Notes: generated by a model from the letters alone, not told the origin. A stretch of 63,986 nucleotides of DNA from Octopus bimaculoides (GCF_001194135.2 NC_068986.1:14775283-14839268), one strand, 5' to 3'. Counted from the stretch's first letter, positions 38,300 to 52,321 are shown. Numbers and translations: made by a program.

Positions 38300-39300
38300 T
38301 ACACCAGATTAAAACCTTTGCTTTCTTTACGTGGCTCCACTTACCTGGTGCCAGTCGCTACCAGTTTTCTCTCCACGAGCTTCCATCTTCTTCTAAATCT
38401 CTCACGTGACAGGTACCTTTTCTCCAGCATGATCTTACTACTGAGATGGTAACTAAAAAAGTTGACCAACCCTTGGCCAGATACAAAGGTACCATCATAA
38501 TTCCTTTCAACCCCGTCTTCCATACTGTTTCTTTTAATATGGCCACCACGCAGAAGAAACAGGCCTCCTCTCCCCGGTAAGGGAGGAAGGTGGCACAATC
38601 TCAATGATGGACTCAGCTGATAAGTGTACTCTTCCTATCGATGATAACAGCTGTTCTGTAAAAAGTATCAGTCCCCATAATTTTGGACATTCCACGAATG
38701 CGTGCAAGACGGTTTCCCTATCCTACTCACACCTTAGACATGTCGGCGACACGGAACTTCCGTGCCTTGACAGTTTATCACGGACTGGTCACGCCGTTGG
38801 GAAGCACTGCCAAGCCAGGGATTTCTGGTAATTACCCAGATACACCGGCTCGAACGTTCTTCCGAACAGGTTGATCAATTGACTTTCACCGTAGCCCAGG
38901 GTCTCCCCCAAGGCACCTTCAGACTTCGATCCCATTATCCCGCTATAGAAATCCGCAGTATAACTCTTGTTGCCGGCATTGCCCGTCCGAGAGAGTAGCT
39001 GAAGTGCCTGTCGGCACTCCAATTACCAGTCCCCCAGTCTAGGTCTCTTCTTAATCCATTTACCAGTGTCCGTTAAGGACTTAACTGCGGGAGGTAGAAA
39101 CGGACATGCGGTGATCACACTTGTTTTCCAGCCAGGTAAAGCCAGAGATGCCTCAACCTTAACGCGAATTTTCGCATTCTCAGCCAAGGCATCCCTAACC
39201 CACTCTTTAGCGGTTTCTGGCAGCAGACAGAGCGCTTCACAAGTGGCTGTATTAGCTCCGTAATCTGGCTACGGTATCCCTTTTCATATATGGCCCTTTT
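38300..39300 (-). mobile_element. L1/Tx1-clade LINE, 5'-truncated ORF2 C-terminus (decayed)
   Basis: VKRSVCCQKPLKSGLGMPWL (GGLG motif) and LAWQCFPTA*PVRDKLSRHGSSVSPTCLRCE*DRETVLHAFVECP (CxxC-x8-H-x4-C zinc finger). Confidence 0.85.
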
Positions 39301-39309
39301 CATCTATGC

Positions 39310-39600
39310 AGACGGTCAATTTAGCTTAGAGATGACTTGATCGAACATATCAGGGGCACCCCTTCTTGCAGCTTCTTTCATGACTGATTCTTCCTATGTT
39401 TGAAGCGCAGCTTCTGTCACAGTACTTGTATGCCAAGAGGGTGGCTCGGCCCTCTGCATTTCTGTTGGTTTCCTTTCGCCGATGACGCTTCTCAAGTAGT
39501 TTGTTTCTGTAGCTGCTCTTTAGCGAAGCAGTTCCTTCCTTCACCACAGTCCTCCATGTTGTTCTCTCCTGAGCTCTCTCTTGCCATGAACTACGAAAAG
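39310..39600 (-). mobile_element. RTE-clade LINE 3' end
   Basis: SWQERAQERTTWRTVVKEG...KLLEKRHRRKE...CDRSCASNIGRISHERSC, matching the RTE terminal pattern C..C.R.C.SRIGL.SH.R.C. Confidence 0.8.
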
Positions 39601-41205
39601 AAACGAGTTAAACACGCCAACAACGAGCGAAAAAAGTGGAAATCAGGGACAAGTAGCACAAAGAACGACTCTTCATCAATCGTCTGCTCTCTATCTACTC
39701 CTCATTTCAAGCATTCAACGACGATATGTTATCTTTTTAACAATTATATATATATATATATATAAATTTAAATAATAAGGGTAAAAAATTGATATTAATT
39801 TGATGAATATCAATTTAAACCAGTGGACTATCATATTGAAAATATCTGAAGATTCAGAAAAAAATTAAATTACATACATATGGTCAGATAATATGGAGTC
39901 TACATTTAGGACATAGGATGTCCACCTAGTCGTCATCTCTCTTATATATATATATATATAGATACACACACGTGCTTAAGTAGATTGTGAAGAAAATAAA
40001 CGGACAAGAATAGATGATAATGAAATAACGTAGTGAAAGTCATTTCATGCAAATGATTTTTATGCATTGGTTCATGTTTGTTCATGTGATGTCTACATCA
40101 CATTATACAGTTCTTGTGTTAATTTCTTCTTNNNNNNNNNNNNNNNNNNNNNNNNNNNNNNNNNNNNNNNNNNNNNNNNNNNNNNNNNNNNNNNNTGTGT
40201 GTGTGTATGTGTCTGTGAGTGTGTGTGTGTGTGTATGTGTGTGTGTGAGTGTGTGTGTGTGTGTATGTATGTATACATTCGCATACAGAAGTGCTTTGAA
40301 ATTTGGAAGCCTGCCCTGACAGGGTAACTTGGAAGGTAAAATATTTGTTCTGCAGACAAATTATGTTTCATCTTCGTTTGTCTGAATACGTGAGTAAAAT
40401 AGTTAAAAGAATCAGTAGGTACGCACCCGGAAAGAAAAGAAAATCTGGAAATGAAATGAAAACTATCGCACACACAGACCTACACATACACACAGGCACA
40501 CGCACATATACACGTACAAACATACACATGCACACACGGGACAATGCTATCAAAACATTGCAAAAATATATTTGTAACCAGACATACACATTTTAAAAGT
40601 TAAGAAAAGAAAATCGATAACATTTATATTAACAGCGCAACTTTTACTATCAACTTTAGTGATTCTTTTTAGCAACAACACCAACAATTTTCTCATACAC
40701 CCAAACAATAAGTGAAAATATAGCAATAAAAATTACAAACGATGGTTTTGTCTTGCCAACGCAACAATAAAGTAGAATGTGACTAAACTCATCAAAAGAG
40801 ATTTGTCTGAGAGAAGAATGTGAAGCGAGATTGTTCTTCCTGGATAGCGGAAGTTATCGAGAATATGACAAAGTGAAGAATCACGTGTGTTTGCATATTG
40901 AAAGATATAGAAATTGTAGCTGCACTAAAAAGGGCGGTTGAAAGAATCCTCCCCGGTGTGTGTGGTGGGAATTTTCTAGCTATCCAGTGCAGAAATTCTT
41001 CAGAGACTGCCCGGTGCTAACGGCCGAGAACACTGCAAGGAATTAAACGTGAATTACGAGATGCGCTTCAGCAATATTTCTGCCGAGGGTTTTCTGCTGT
41101 GTACTTAGAAGGGTATTGTTTAGAAAAGAAAACGATCCATGACTTTGGTCACTGACTTTTGCACAACTTCCAGGGGGGTTATAAGTACGAAAAGTGGTTA
41201 ACATT

Positions 41206-41206
<1 letters not shown>

Positions 41207-41250
<44 letters not shown>

Positions 41251-41438
41251 GTCATCATCATCATCATCGTCATCATCATCATCATCATCATCATCATCAC
41301 CGTCATCGTCATCATCATCATCATCATCATCATCATTATCATCATCACCGTCATCGTCATCATCGTCGTCGTCGTCGTCATCATCATCATCATCATCACC
41401 ATCACCATCATCGTCATCATCATCATCGTTATCATCAC

Positions 41439-41494
<56 letters not shown>

Positions 41495-41550
41495 GTATCA
41501 TCATCACCCCACCCTACCCCCATCATCATCATCATCATCATCGTCATCAT
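41207..41550. repeat. (CAT)n/(CGT)n trinucleotide repeat
   Basis: Direct reading; source of the poly-M/D/I/S ORFs. Confidence 0.95.
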
Positions 41551-41638
41551 CATCACTTTGCTGTTCCTTTTCATTATGTATATCTCGTCCAATATGATTC
41601 CAAAATACATGTGCTTACTAAAGATTTGGAACTTTATA

Positions 41639-42520
41639 CGAGGCGATATCAAAAGCTCCCCAGAGTAGTTATGTTTAGTAAAACTAACTTATTTGTCTAA
41701 ATTTTAACCTCGTCTCCCTCAAAATAGTCACCTTTCTCAGTAATACTCCAGTCCAGACGTCCCTGCCTCATTCGGAATCCAGGCTGGAAGTTCTTTCTCG
41801 TAATCGAGTCGAGGTCCTTCTGCGATAAGCTCTTGATTTCGATAACTGTGTCAAAACGGCGACCTTTGAGCTGCATTTTCTTCTTGGAGAAGAGATGGAA
41901 GTTCACGGGTGAGAAACCTGGCTAATAGGGCGGGTGCAGAAGCGATACCATTCTGTTTTGGGTTGAATTTCACGAGTGAGGAGAGATCGGTGAAATGGTG
42001 CATTGTCCAATTCTTCACACTCTACTGATCCAGTCCGCTTTCGCTCAATTTCCTCTCTAAAACGCTTTAAAACATCGTAGAACTCTCGATTCACCGTCTG
42101 GCACTTGGGGGAGAGTTCGCAATGCACAATACCAAATTTCCGAAGGCGACGATAGTGGCAGGTCTTCCAGATCGCTTATCGTGTTCCAGCGATGTTCTTC
42201 CGCTTTTGAAGATCATGTACCTCTCGAGACATTGCACACGACCGTTGCCACGTCACGGAAATTTTCCCGAAGCGTTCTCAATGTCTCTGTAACAGACTTT
42301 TCAAGTTTAACACGAAATTTCGCGTTGTTTCTTTGTTGCTGTCCATGAAAAAATTGCACACTACAGCATGCACGTGATCATCAAAACACAGATTTTACAA
42401 TCTACGAGGTAAACGCAGTGATATTATTCGTAACATTGTTCCATGAAGGTCACAGCTAGATCTCACTGCGCATGCAACCATGTGCTGTCATCTATCCGGG
42501 GACTTTTCAATACCACCTCG
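41639..42520 (-). mobile_element. Mariner transposon with both TIRs and TA TSD, internally deleted transposase
   Basis: TA-CGAGGCGATATCAAAAGCTCCCC ... GGGGACTTTTCAATACCACCTCG-TA. Minus frame gives LHPPY*PGFSPVNFHLFSKKKMQLKGRRFDTVIEIK, ITEKGDYFEG and TVNREFYDVLKRF. Confidence 0.9.
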
Positions 42521-42673
42521 TAATTGTGTTAATTTAAGAATGAGTAGCCATTGGTAATAATCAGTAAGTTCCTTCTTAGATAGTCTTTGAAAATACATCA
42601 GAAAATTAAAGAAAACTCGTTAGTTAGATATTTAGTAGCATTGTGTTGGGAGATTTACTGCATAAACAGGAAC

Positions 42674-42681
42674 GAGAGAGA

Positions 42682-42730
<49 letters not shown>

Positions 42731-42940
42731 NNNNNNNNNNGAGAGAGACAGAGAGAGAGAGAGAACCAGAGAGAGAGGGGGAGAGAGTGAGAAAGAGAGA
42801 GAAAGAGAGAAAAGGTAGAGAGAGAGAAAGAGAGAAAAAGGGAGAGAGAGAGAAAGAGCGAAAGAGAAAGAGAGAGAAAGAGCGAGAGAGAAAGAGTGAG
42901 AGAACTAGAGAGAACCAGAGAGAGAGAGAGAGTGAGAGAG
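42674..42940. repeat. (GA)n and degenerate AG-rich repeat
   Basis: Direct reading. Confidence 0.95.
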
Positions 42941-44661
42941 CAGCGCCCTTCACGTCTTTTAATTTGTGTGCCTTCGAAACTTGTAGAAGAGCAAAATTAA
43001 ATGTTACATGACCTGGTTGATTCGAACAGTTCGAACTCACCTGAAGGCAGGCAAGGCCCAAGTGGTTCTGATAGATAGGGCAACAGGTCAAGTTACTACC
43101 CAGGATCCGAGAACGTAAAAGCCCGAAAAATACAGATAGACATCTTTCGCAATTGTGGAAGTTTAACATTCTGTTCTGATACTTTATTTCATGAACCCTC
43201 GGTAGCGATGAAGATCAAAATAAACCTCATCGCGATTCCAAATCGGATCGCGTAGAGAAAGACCAATTACCATGAATTATCTTGTCCTGCGCCCCTGCAA
43301 TACTACTTATCCATCGATTGTTATTAAAAAAAGTACCAAATGCACGATTCTATCAGAAACTATAAGCTTTGAAAACGAAACTTTTATTTTATTAACCATT
43401 ATAGGAATGAAGGTCAAAATTGGCATTCGAGGATACGGAAGATTTGCAGCGCAGATTTGTGAAAATTCCTTTCCGATTATGTGGAGCAGAGAAAATTCAG
43501 GACATTAAATGAAATACAAATAACATAAAAAGACTTGCCATGTTATGTAGACTTTAAATGAATAAACAGTAAGCGTTTGGTGCCCGACCTGATCCCCAAA
43601 TCATTCAATAAGTCTTTTGGTATGAGCAGAAATGATGTAAGTTAGTAATCATAGCCATGTGAATTCCTGGTGTGACCCAGGTGAAGGTTTCTCCCTTGAG
43701 TATGGGTAGGTTGCTTGGATTTGTTTGTTATTCTGAATCTGACTGGATAAAACCGGATCAAGTAATGTAAAGCACTTTGTTTCTGGCAAATTTACAAAAT
43801 ACGTCATACTGCCACAAAATGTTTGTCTTAAAATGTAAGTCAATTCGTATTTCTAAATTCCGTTCTTGTGAAATTATACCATCGCAAATTCATGGATATC
43901 ATTAACGGAGACTTATGAGTGGTGCAAGGGATTAACGAGCGATGAACTGTTCCATCACGAGGTTAACATGAATTGTAAGATTGAAGGAGATGCAAAAGGA
44001 ACTTCGCTGCCTTCAGCTTTGTACAGTGGTTGCTTATCTTTAATTTTTCCGAGTGATGTGATTGTTTGAAGTTAGCAATGCAAGTTAATGCAACATATCG
44101 TTAATTACATAAAACTTTAGGCTCGTTAGAATGTCACACAGCGCCATATTCTATAGTTCTTATCTTCATCGACTGAATAAGTATGAGTTAAAATAACGAG
44201 GACACGAACACAACACATTGGTTATACAGTAGTCTAAGAAATAAACACACACACACACATGTATATATATATTAATATACATGCGTATACACACACACAC
44301 ATGCATATGTATATGCAAGGGCAGATGCAACTTTTCAGAACAAAGCAATAAAACTTTAATAGACCATCATCATAAGATATACAGATGCCATATTATAAAG
44401 AAAATTGTGTGACTGTTTATGTATGTACGTGAGTTGTTTGTGTGGGTGTGTGGTGCGTGTGCTGTGTATGTGTGTGTGTATGAAATATATTTTAATTGCT
44501 GTTGTAAGATCGAATATACATACTGCAGTGTACCTGTGTGTTTAAACAGTCATGTATATAAGATTCCAAAGATAAAACGATTCTTTCATTTATAATGTCT
44601 CTTTCAAGCCATGAATTTAAAATTCTTTGAACTGAGCAATCTCTTTATCAACATAAACTAT

Positions 44662-44696
<35 letters not shown>

Positions 44697-46089
44697 CACA
44701 CACACACACAGACACGCACACACACACACACATGCATTTATATATGCATGCGTACATATATATATATATATATATATAGANNNNNNNNNNNNNNNNNNNN
44801 NNNNNNNNNNNNNNNNNNNNNNNNNNNNNNNNNNNNNNNNNNNNNNNNNNNNNNNNNNNNNNNNNNNNNNNNNNNNNNNNNNNNNNNNNNNNNNNNNNNN
44901 NNNNNNNNNNNNNNNNNNNNNNNNNNNNNNNNNNNNNNNNNNNNNNNNNNNNNNNNNNNNNNNNNNNNNNNNNNNNNNNNNNNNNNNNNNNNNNNNNNNN
45001 NNNNNNNNNNNNNNNNNNNNNNNNNNNNNNNNNNNNNNNNNNNNNNNNNNNNNNNNNNNNNNNNNNNNNNNNNNNNNNNNNNNNNNNNNNNNNNNNNNNN
45101 NNNNNNNNNNNNNNNNNNNNNNNNNNNNNNNNNNNNNNNNNNNNNNNNNNNNNNNNNNNNNNNNNNNNNNNNNNNNNNNNNNNNNNNNNNNNNNNNNNNN
45201 NNNNNNNNNATTCTAGATAGACGTATGAATAATTATATCGTAACATACAATAAAGAAATTTATACACAAACACTGCCACATACATTATACGTATATACGT
45301 GTACACACACACACACACATTTATATATATACATACCCTATACATATATACGTACATGCATATATGTATATATATATATATATATATATGTATATCTATA
45401 TCTATATATATATATATATATACATACCTATACATATATGTATGTTTGTATATATAAGGTATGTATCTATATATAGATAGATGCGTGTATGTATGTACGA
45501 ACTTATGCACAGAGTTAGAGACCCAAGGATATGTATGAAGAGAATAGAGTAAGTTACGACCACAGGCACACAAGCATACATTAAATATATTCATTTAGAT
45601 ACATTTATCCATGTGTATAATGTACTGAATCTTAGACATAATTTTACTAAGTGTTTAGCTGGACTTATTCTTAGGCGATTTGCCTCAGTGGCCATAACTA
45701 AAATTCGACGATCAAACGAATATGTCTTCCTCAACTAACCGGCAGATATAAACAGCAATTGGGAGAGAAAATGAGAGAAAACAGAAAAGGTCGATCAGGC
45801 GAGAGACAGCGATAAAGAATGAGAGACCGCGAGGAGAGAGAAAGAGAGTGAAAGAGAGAGACAGAGAGAGAGAGAGAGAGCAAGTGAGCGAAGGAAAGAG
45901 AGAGGGAGATATTGTGAAAGTCGCCGAGGAAGAAAGAGAGAGAATGGATGAGAGAAAGCGAGTGAGAGAGAGACGGAAGCTGCATAAATAAGAAGTAAAA
46001 TGTCAGCCATTTTCTTTAAAACTAAATTAGTAATATTATTACTGTTCACATTCTTCATTTTGCCTTTCGGCACTTCACATCGCTTCCCC

Positions 46090-46640
<551 letters not shown>

Positions 46641-46762
46641 ATTCTTTATGCTTCCCGTAGTTTCTAAATTGGTTTGATTTCATTTTGAGCCATTTCCATC
46701 AGATCTGAGTCTTCACTCAAAGAGAAAATTTCGTTAGATGTGATCTGCCTCTGTTGTTGTTG

Positions 46763-46799
<37 letters not shown>

Positions 46800-46821
46800 C
46801 ATTATTATTATTATTATTATT

Positions 46822-47817
46822 ATTACACCTTCGTAACACCGTGTAGCTAAAAATGCACCGGAATCTTTAGTTATCTGTCAAGTCAGAACAAGGACATCAC
46901 ACAGATAATACTTTCCTTAAGATGTGCGCTGTGTCCAATAAGGCTGCTTTTTTGCAAGACATCAGTCTTGCATGAGATTTCAAATGGGATACTTATTGAT
47001 TCTCTGCCCCAATTCTCTCTTTTTATATGTTTACGTTTGCTTTGGGCGTGTACCACCCCATGGAGAGTCATCACCTTTCTCGTCCTTATATCCAGTGTTG
47101 ATATTTCCTCCTTAGACCATTTGAGGATAGACGCCGCACAATATCTAACCTCTGCAACTGCCCAGATATTCATTGCAGTAATCAAATTTTTGATATTCAG
47201 GTTGGATTTCAACACCATCTTAATCCTTTTTTGATACATCTCCCTTACTTTGACTAATTTTTTTGTGTAGAATGTTGTCCAACTCCAAAATCCCTAGATA
47301 TCTATTCCAACTACCGTCGAGTTCACCCATGGTCTCTTCTGATAGTAACCATAATCCTCTGCATGATGCTTTCTTCCCTCTGTTCTTATTAAGAACTGAG
47401 CATTTGGTAATCCCAAATTCCATACCAATGTTCCTACTACACTTCTGGTTAAGGAATCTGTCTGTTTTTCAGATTTCCCAAACAATTTCAGGTCATCCAG
47501 AAACAGAAGATGGTTCAAAGATGGGTTTTTCTTCCCACATCAGTAACCCATCTTAACTTACCTAAGTGTCATTGCTATGGGTATTAGTGCAATTATAAAA
47601 AAGTAACGCAGCAAACGAGACACCTTGGAAGATCTCCCCTTTTAATATTAACTTCTCCAAGGAATGCATTACTTGAGTATAATTTGGTTTTCCACTCTCT
47701 CATACTATGCATCAGAAAATTTGTAATGCTGTCCGCAGCACCATACATCTGCTGGCATTCAACGATTCATGAATGAGGCATCATATCATATACCTTATAA
47801 AAGTCAATCAAAGCCAT
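46822..47817 (-). mobile_element. R4/Dong-like LINE (copy a): RT core plus extreme C-terminus, internally deleted, (TAA)n tail
   Basis: IDFYKVYDMMPHS*I, NHLLFLDDLKLFGKSE, MEFGITKC, YLGILELD, LKSNLNIKNLITAMNIWAV, LQKAALLDTAHILRKVLS. Confidence 0.9.
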
Positions 47818-48424
47818 TATTATTATTATGTTTTTTTCTTCTTTCTTCAAATTTTCTTCCATTTTTTACCGAGTGTTTTCCGTACATCTAGGGCAAGGAA
47901 GCTCATTATATGCATTACTAGTTTACACACACAAATTCACAGATAAAATATGTATTAAAAAAATATTAATAAATAAATAAATTCATGAATGGATCTTGTT
48001 TTCATATCGATAATACTCTTCTCAGTACACGAGTCGTTCCAGTTAACACGATTTTTTGCACTTTCTGTAGGGATGGTAAGCATGGTATCATTTTCAAATA
48101 GGTTTCAATACCTTTTTTATCATTCCGAGAGATCCTACAATCACTGGTACGGTAGTCGCCTTGAGGTGCCACATTTTTTCAATTTCTATAAGCAAGTCTT
48201 TATACTCACTGATCTTGTCAAATTCTTTCGCCACTATATTGTGATCGCAAGGAATACTCATGTCAATTAAGAAACACATTTGTTTGTCTGATCTTTTATA
48301 ATAATATCCGGTTTATTACATTTTATAGTTTTGTCGGTATGTACGGAGAATTCCCAGAGAATCGACACATTTTCTCCCTCAGTCACAACTTCAGGATGGT
48401 GTTTATACCATTTGTCAGCGGTTG
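47818..48424 (-). mobile_element. R4/Dong-like LINE (copy b): REL endonuclease domain, 3' UTR and TAA tail
   Basis: KWYKHHPEVV...ILWEFSVHTDKTIKCNKPDII...LIDMSIPCDHNIVAKEFDKISEYKDL...VPVIVGSLG...VQKIVLTGTTRVLRRVLSI*. Confidence 0.9.
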
Positions 48425-48765
48425 GCTTCAAGTCTCACACAGAGACCTAAAGAAAAAAACAAGTGAGACGTTCATGTTGGTATTATGCCTAAGGTTCCAT
48501 GTATTTTTTTTTTGTACATAGTGTTGTTCTAGAGAATGTTTAAGAAACCATAAGAAAATTATTATTGTTTCAAAATTTGAGATTACATAGACAGCATTTT
48601 AGGTAGGGTATGGGCAGTTCCCAATGAGCACTATCTTTTGAATTTTGCCATTTTGGGGTTTCTTGGTATCTGAGCTAGGTAGCAATCAGCCCCTTTTGCT
48701 ACAATTCCTAGGGCACCTATGACAACAGGTATTGCTTTAGTCTTCAGGTTCCACATTTTGCTAAT
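48425..48765 (-). mobile_element. R4/Dong-like LINE (copy c): extreme 3' end
   Basis: ISKMWNLKTKAIPVVIGALGIV...LGTAHTLPKMLSM*. Confidence 0.85.
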
Positions 48766-48785
48766 TATTATTATTATTATTATTA

Positions 48786-50120
48786 TTATTATTGTTCAGT
48801 AGTTTTATTTTTATAACGTGCTTTCACTTCACTACCGAGCGCAGCTCTGTGCGCCTTGGGTATGTGCTGTGGTTTACTGTGGTGCTCTTATGTTTACTGT
48901 ATTGAAAGTGTTTTGCGTAGAATGTGTNNNNNNNNNNNNNNNNNNNNNNNNNNNNNNNNNNNNNNNNNNNNNNNNNNNNNNNNNNNNNNNNNNNNNNNNN
49001 NNNNNNNNNNNNNNNNNNNNNNNNNNNNNNNNNNNNNNNNNNNNNNNNNNNNNNNNNNNNNNNNNNNNNNNNNNNNNNNNNNNNNNNNNNNNNNNNNNNN
49101 NNNNNNNNNNNNNNNNNNNNNNNNNNNNNNNNNNNNNNNNNNNNNNNNNNNNNNNNNNNNNNNNNNNNNNNNNNNNNNNNNNNNNNNNNNNNNNNNNNNN
49201 NNNNNNNNNNNNNNNNNNNNNNNNNNNNNNNNNNNNNNNNNNNNNNNNNNNNNNNNNNNNNNNNNNNNNNNNNNNNNNNNNNNNNNNNNNNNNNNNNNNN
49301 NNNNNNNNNNNNNNNNNNNNNNNNNNNNNNNNNNNNNNNNNNNNNNNNNNNNNNNNNNNNNNNNNNNNNNNNNNNNNNNNNNNNNNNNNNNNNNNNNNNN
49401 NNNNNNNNNNNNNNNNNNNNNNNNNNNNNNNNNNNNNNNNNNNNNNNNNNNNNNNNNNNNNNNNNNNNNNNNNNNNNNNNNNNNNNNNNNNNNNNNNNNN
49501 NNNNNNNNNNNNNNNNNNNNNNNNNNNNNNNNNNNNNNNNNNNNNNNNNNNNNNNNNNNNNNNNNNNNNNNNNNNNNNNNNNNNNNNNNNNNNNNNNNNN
49601 NNNNNNNNNNNNNNNNNNNNNNNNNNNNNNNNNNNNNNNNNNNNNNNNNNNNNNNNNNNNNNNNNNNNNNNNNNNNNNNNNNNNNNNNNNNNNNNNNNNN
49701 NNNNNNNNNNNNNNNNNNNNNNNNNNNNNNNNNNNNNNNNNNNNNNNNNNNNNNNNNNNNNNNNNNNNNNNNNNNNNNNNNNNNNNNNNNNNNNNNNNNN
49801 NNNNNNNNNNNNNNNNNNNNNNNNNNNNNNNNNNNNNNNNNNNNNNNNNNNNNNNNNNNNNNNNNNNNNNNNNNNNNNNNTTCTTCTTCTTCTTCTTCTT
49901 CGTATTTGTTAGGTAGATTGATTTCTTGTTTGTATTTGTCAGCTTCCTTAAATACTGAAAACTGTTTTTGTTTTGCTCGTGTTTTGTGGCTATTTGTATT
50001 AGTTTCCCTTGCTTCTGGAGTAGGTATTTTTGCAGTCCTATGGTGGTTATTTTATAATAGTTTTCTAACTGTATAAGACCCCTGCCACCTCCTGTGCATT
50101 GTAAATACAGCCTTATTATT
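48786..50120 (-). mobile_element. R4/Dong-like LINE (copy d) spanning a 953-N gap
   Basis: RLYLQCTGGGRGLIQLENYYKITTIGL before the gap; HILRKTLSIQ* and 3' UTR with TAA tail after it. Confidence 0.8.
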
Positions 50121-50159
50121 GTCGTTCTTGTTGTTGTTGTTGTTGTTATCATTATTTCA

Positions 50160-51520
50160 TAAAGAATATGCTTCTTCCTCTAGTCATCCAGTTAGGTACA
50201 GCTCCTACATTCTGTCAATCCTGAAGTTGTTCTCACTGTCTTCCATGTAAGCTACTAACTCTCTTTAACCAGGAGCCTTGAATCGTATCTTTTTCTGGGT
50301 CTTTCAAATTTGGCATACTTCCTAACGATTTTGCTTATTAAAGCGGTAGTTACTTTTAGAGACGGCTGCTTCTCACTAACTAATTCTTCCATCACTTTCT
50401 TTAACCATAATGTATCACCATTATGATTAACTGACATATCCCAAATATCACTCCAGCACATTTTATCTTCTGCATTAGGTTTATCATCTTCAGTAATTTC
50501 TTCTTCACTATTTATTCGGCGATAAAATTTCCTCTGGTCTATCTCAAACAATCTGTTCTCTTGATAGTGATCGATTATTTTCTCATATCTAGAAAGTTTA
50601 CTTGCTATTCCAATGATACGCTGCTTCAGCTTTTTCATGACTGTTCCAAACCCTTTCTCTTTGACTAAATATTTTTTTCTCAAGAGATGATTTAAATTTT
50701 ATTTTCCTTAACTTGTGCTGTTTCCAGGTTTCTATTCCACTCAGTTCTTGTCTCAAAGTTTTCCCTTTTTCTATTCTCCTCTTCTACATCTGTTCCTTCC
50801 TGTTCCTTTCTTGAGAAATACCTATTCCGCAGGTAGCTGCTACCCATCCTGCATAAATCAATAACTTAGTGTCACCTATATTTTTAGAATCTATCTTATT
50901 GGTAACAGAAGCAACTTGTCTAGAAATATCTCGCAATTTCCTTCTATTAACACATTTTAATGCTGGTAATCGTTTCTTCCTTCTGTATTCATTGCTTCCT
51001 TCAGCTCATCTAAAATCTTCTGATCTTTCTCGCTAAGGTCACTTGTATCAATTTGGATTTTCTGATTGGCTGTGCTATTATTTTTCTGGTAGGATCTTCT
51101 TTAAATTAAACAGTATCGCTTACGTTGTTTGACTGTTCTACTGGATTTCTCTTATTTAGCTACCTCCAATTCTGTCATCCAATTTTTTTCTCTGCAAAGC
51201 ATTAGCCTGATCCACTAGTCTCTGCTCTGTTATTTCACCACCCCCCGCCTTTTTTATTACCACAAGTACTAACATATGTTTTCTGCAGCTACATAATCTG
51301 TGTTTATTTTCCAAGTAGCACTGTCTCACTATCCTGCGTCTTCTCTTGTTCATTTCCTTCTCTAACTCCTCCTGAGCGAGAGGCTTTCTCTTAAATAAAC
51401 AAATTCCATTTGTGCTGTTATCACGAAAGCCATGTCTCTCATAACCTGAGATAAGGCATTGTCCGTGCGTGTTTTTATTTTGGCAGCTTCACCATTCACC
51501 TGACATTATTTTGCCTTTCT
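50160..51520 (-). mobile_element. R4/Dong-like LINE (copy e): 5' part of ORF
   Basis: EITEQRLVDQANAL, LKQRIIGIASKLSRYE...QENRLFEIDQRKFYRRIN, WSDIWD and PGPKKIR-like segment before RT. Confidence 0.8.
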
Positions 51521-51589
51521 TATTATTATCACCATTATCGCCATCAGCATCACTATCATCATTTTCGACATATGATCGTTTCAAATTCC

Positions 51590-51790
51590 TACTGCATCAC
51601 TTTCTACACCTCCGAGTTTCTGAGCTGTGTGTCACCTATAGTTTTAGTATCTATCTTATTGATAACAGAATCGACTTGCCTAGAAATATCTTGCAGCTAC
51701 CTTCTATTAACATATTTTAATACTGATAGTCGTTTGCTTCCTTCTGTATTCATTGATTCTCGCCATTCTTGTGGGGGAAGCAGGGAGCTC
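51590..51790 (-). mobile_element. Paralogous R4/Dong fragment (copy f)
   Basis: GTCACCTATA...TATCTATCTTATTG.TAACAGAA...CTAGAAATATCT...CTTCTATTAACA aligns with 50870-51000. Confidence 0.8.
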
Positions 51791-52220
51791 GAACTCCTCC
51801 CGGCATTGTATTGCATCAGTATGTTTTGTAATGTGGTTTTGTTCGAGCATTGTTTGCATTAGTGTTGTGTATTGAATGTTGTGTGCGTAATGCGAGTTGT
51901 GTTCTGCAGAGTGCATAACGTGTGTGTATGAGTCAATTTTATTGGCTATTTACTGCATGGGTTTGTTTATTTTGGTTTGGGGAACATGTCATTCTTGTAA
52001 CACATATCGTCGTACATTTGCAAATGTATTTTATTTTTCTTTATATCTTAACCACCCTTGCTCCATATCTCACATGTTTCTTTTAGTATTCCTATACATT
52101 TTGGTTACAGTATTGCATTGTAGAATGCCATCTATCCGTCGTTCGCTTTTAGTTTTCTCTTTCGTTTTGGTACTTACATTAAGAGACGGGTCCATGTGTT
52201 CAGTGTTAACTTTTTGACAG

Positions 52221-52321
52221 AACACCGCTTCTGGATGTGTGTCGTGACTTCTTTAGCATCGCGATTGCTCGAGGCTTGCAGAACAAAATTCACCGTTATT
52301 TACTTCTTCATACCTTTATCA
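52221..52321 (+). other. Candidate exon followed by an 83-nt intron-like segment (52322-52404)
   Basis: TTTTTGACAG acceptor, TCA/GTGAGT donor, next acceptor CTCTTTCCACAG; two open frames; no homology recognised. Confidence 0.2.

Noticed and set aside
43041-43070. Minus-strand CAG/GTGAGT donor with possible 27-nt exon
   Set aside because: Weak acceptor context, no recognisable peptide and no partner exons.
43407-43445. MKVKIGIRGYGRF resembling the GAPDH/Rossmann N-terminus
   Set aside because: The nucleotides align to a decayed minus-strand family B SINE (AGGATGAAAGGCAAAGTCGAC), and similarity does not continue.
52234-52290. VCRDF...RG...H resembling a CCCH zinc finger
   Set aside because: The second and third cysteines are absent.
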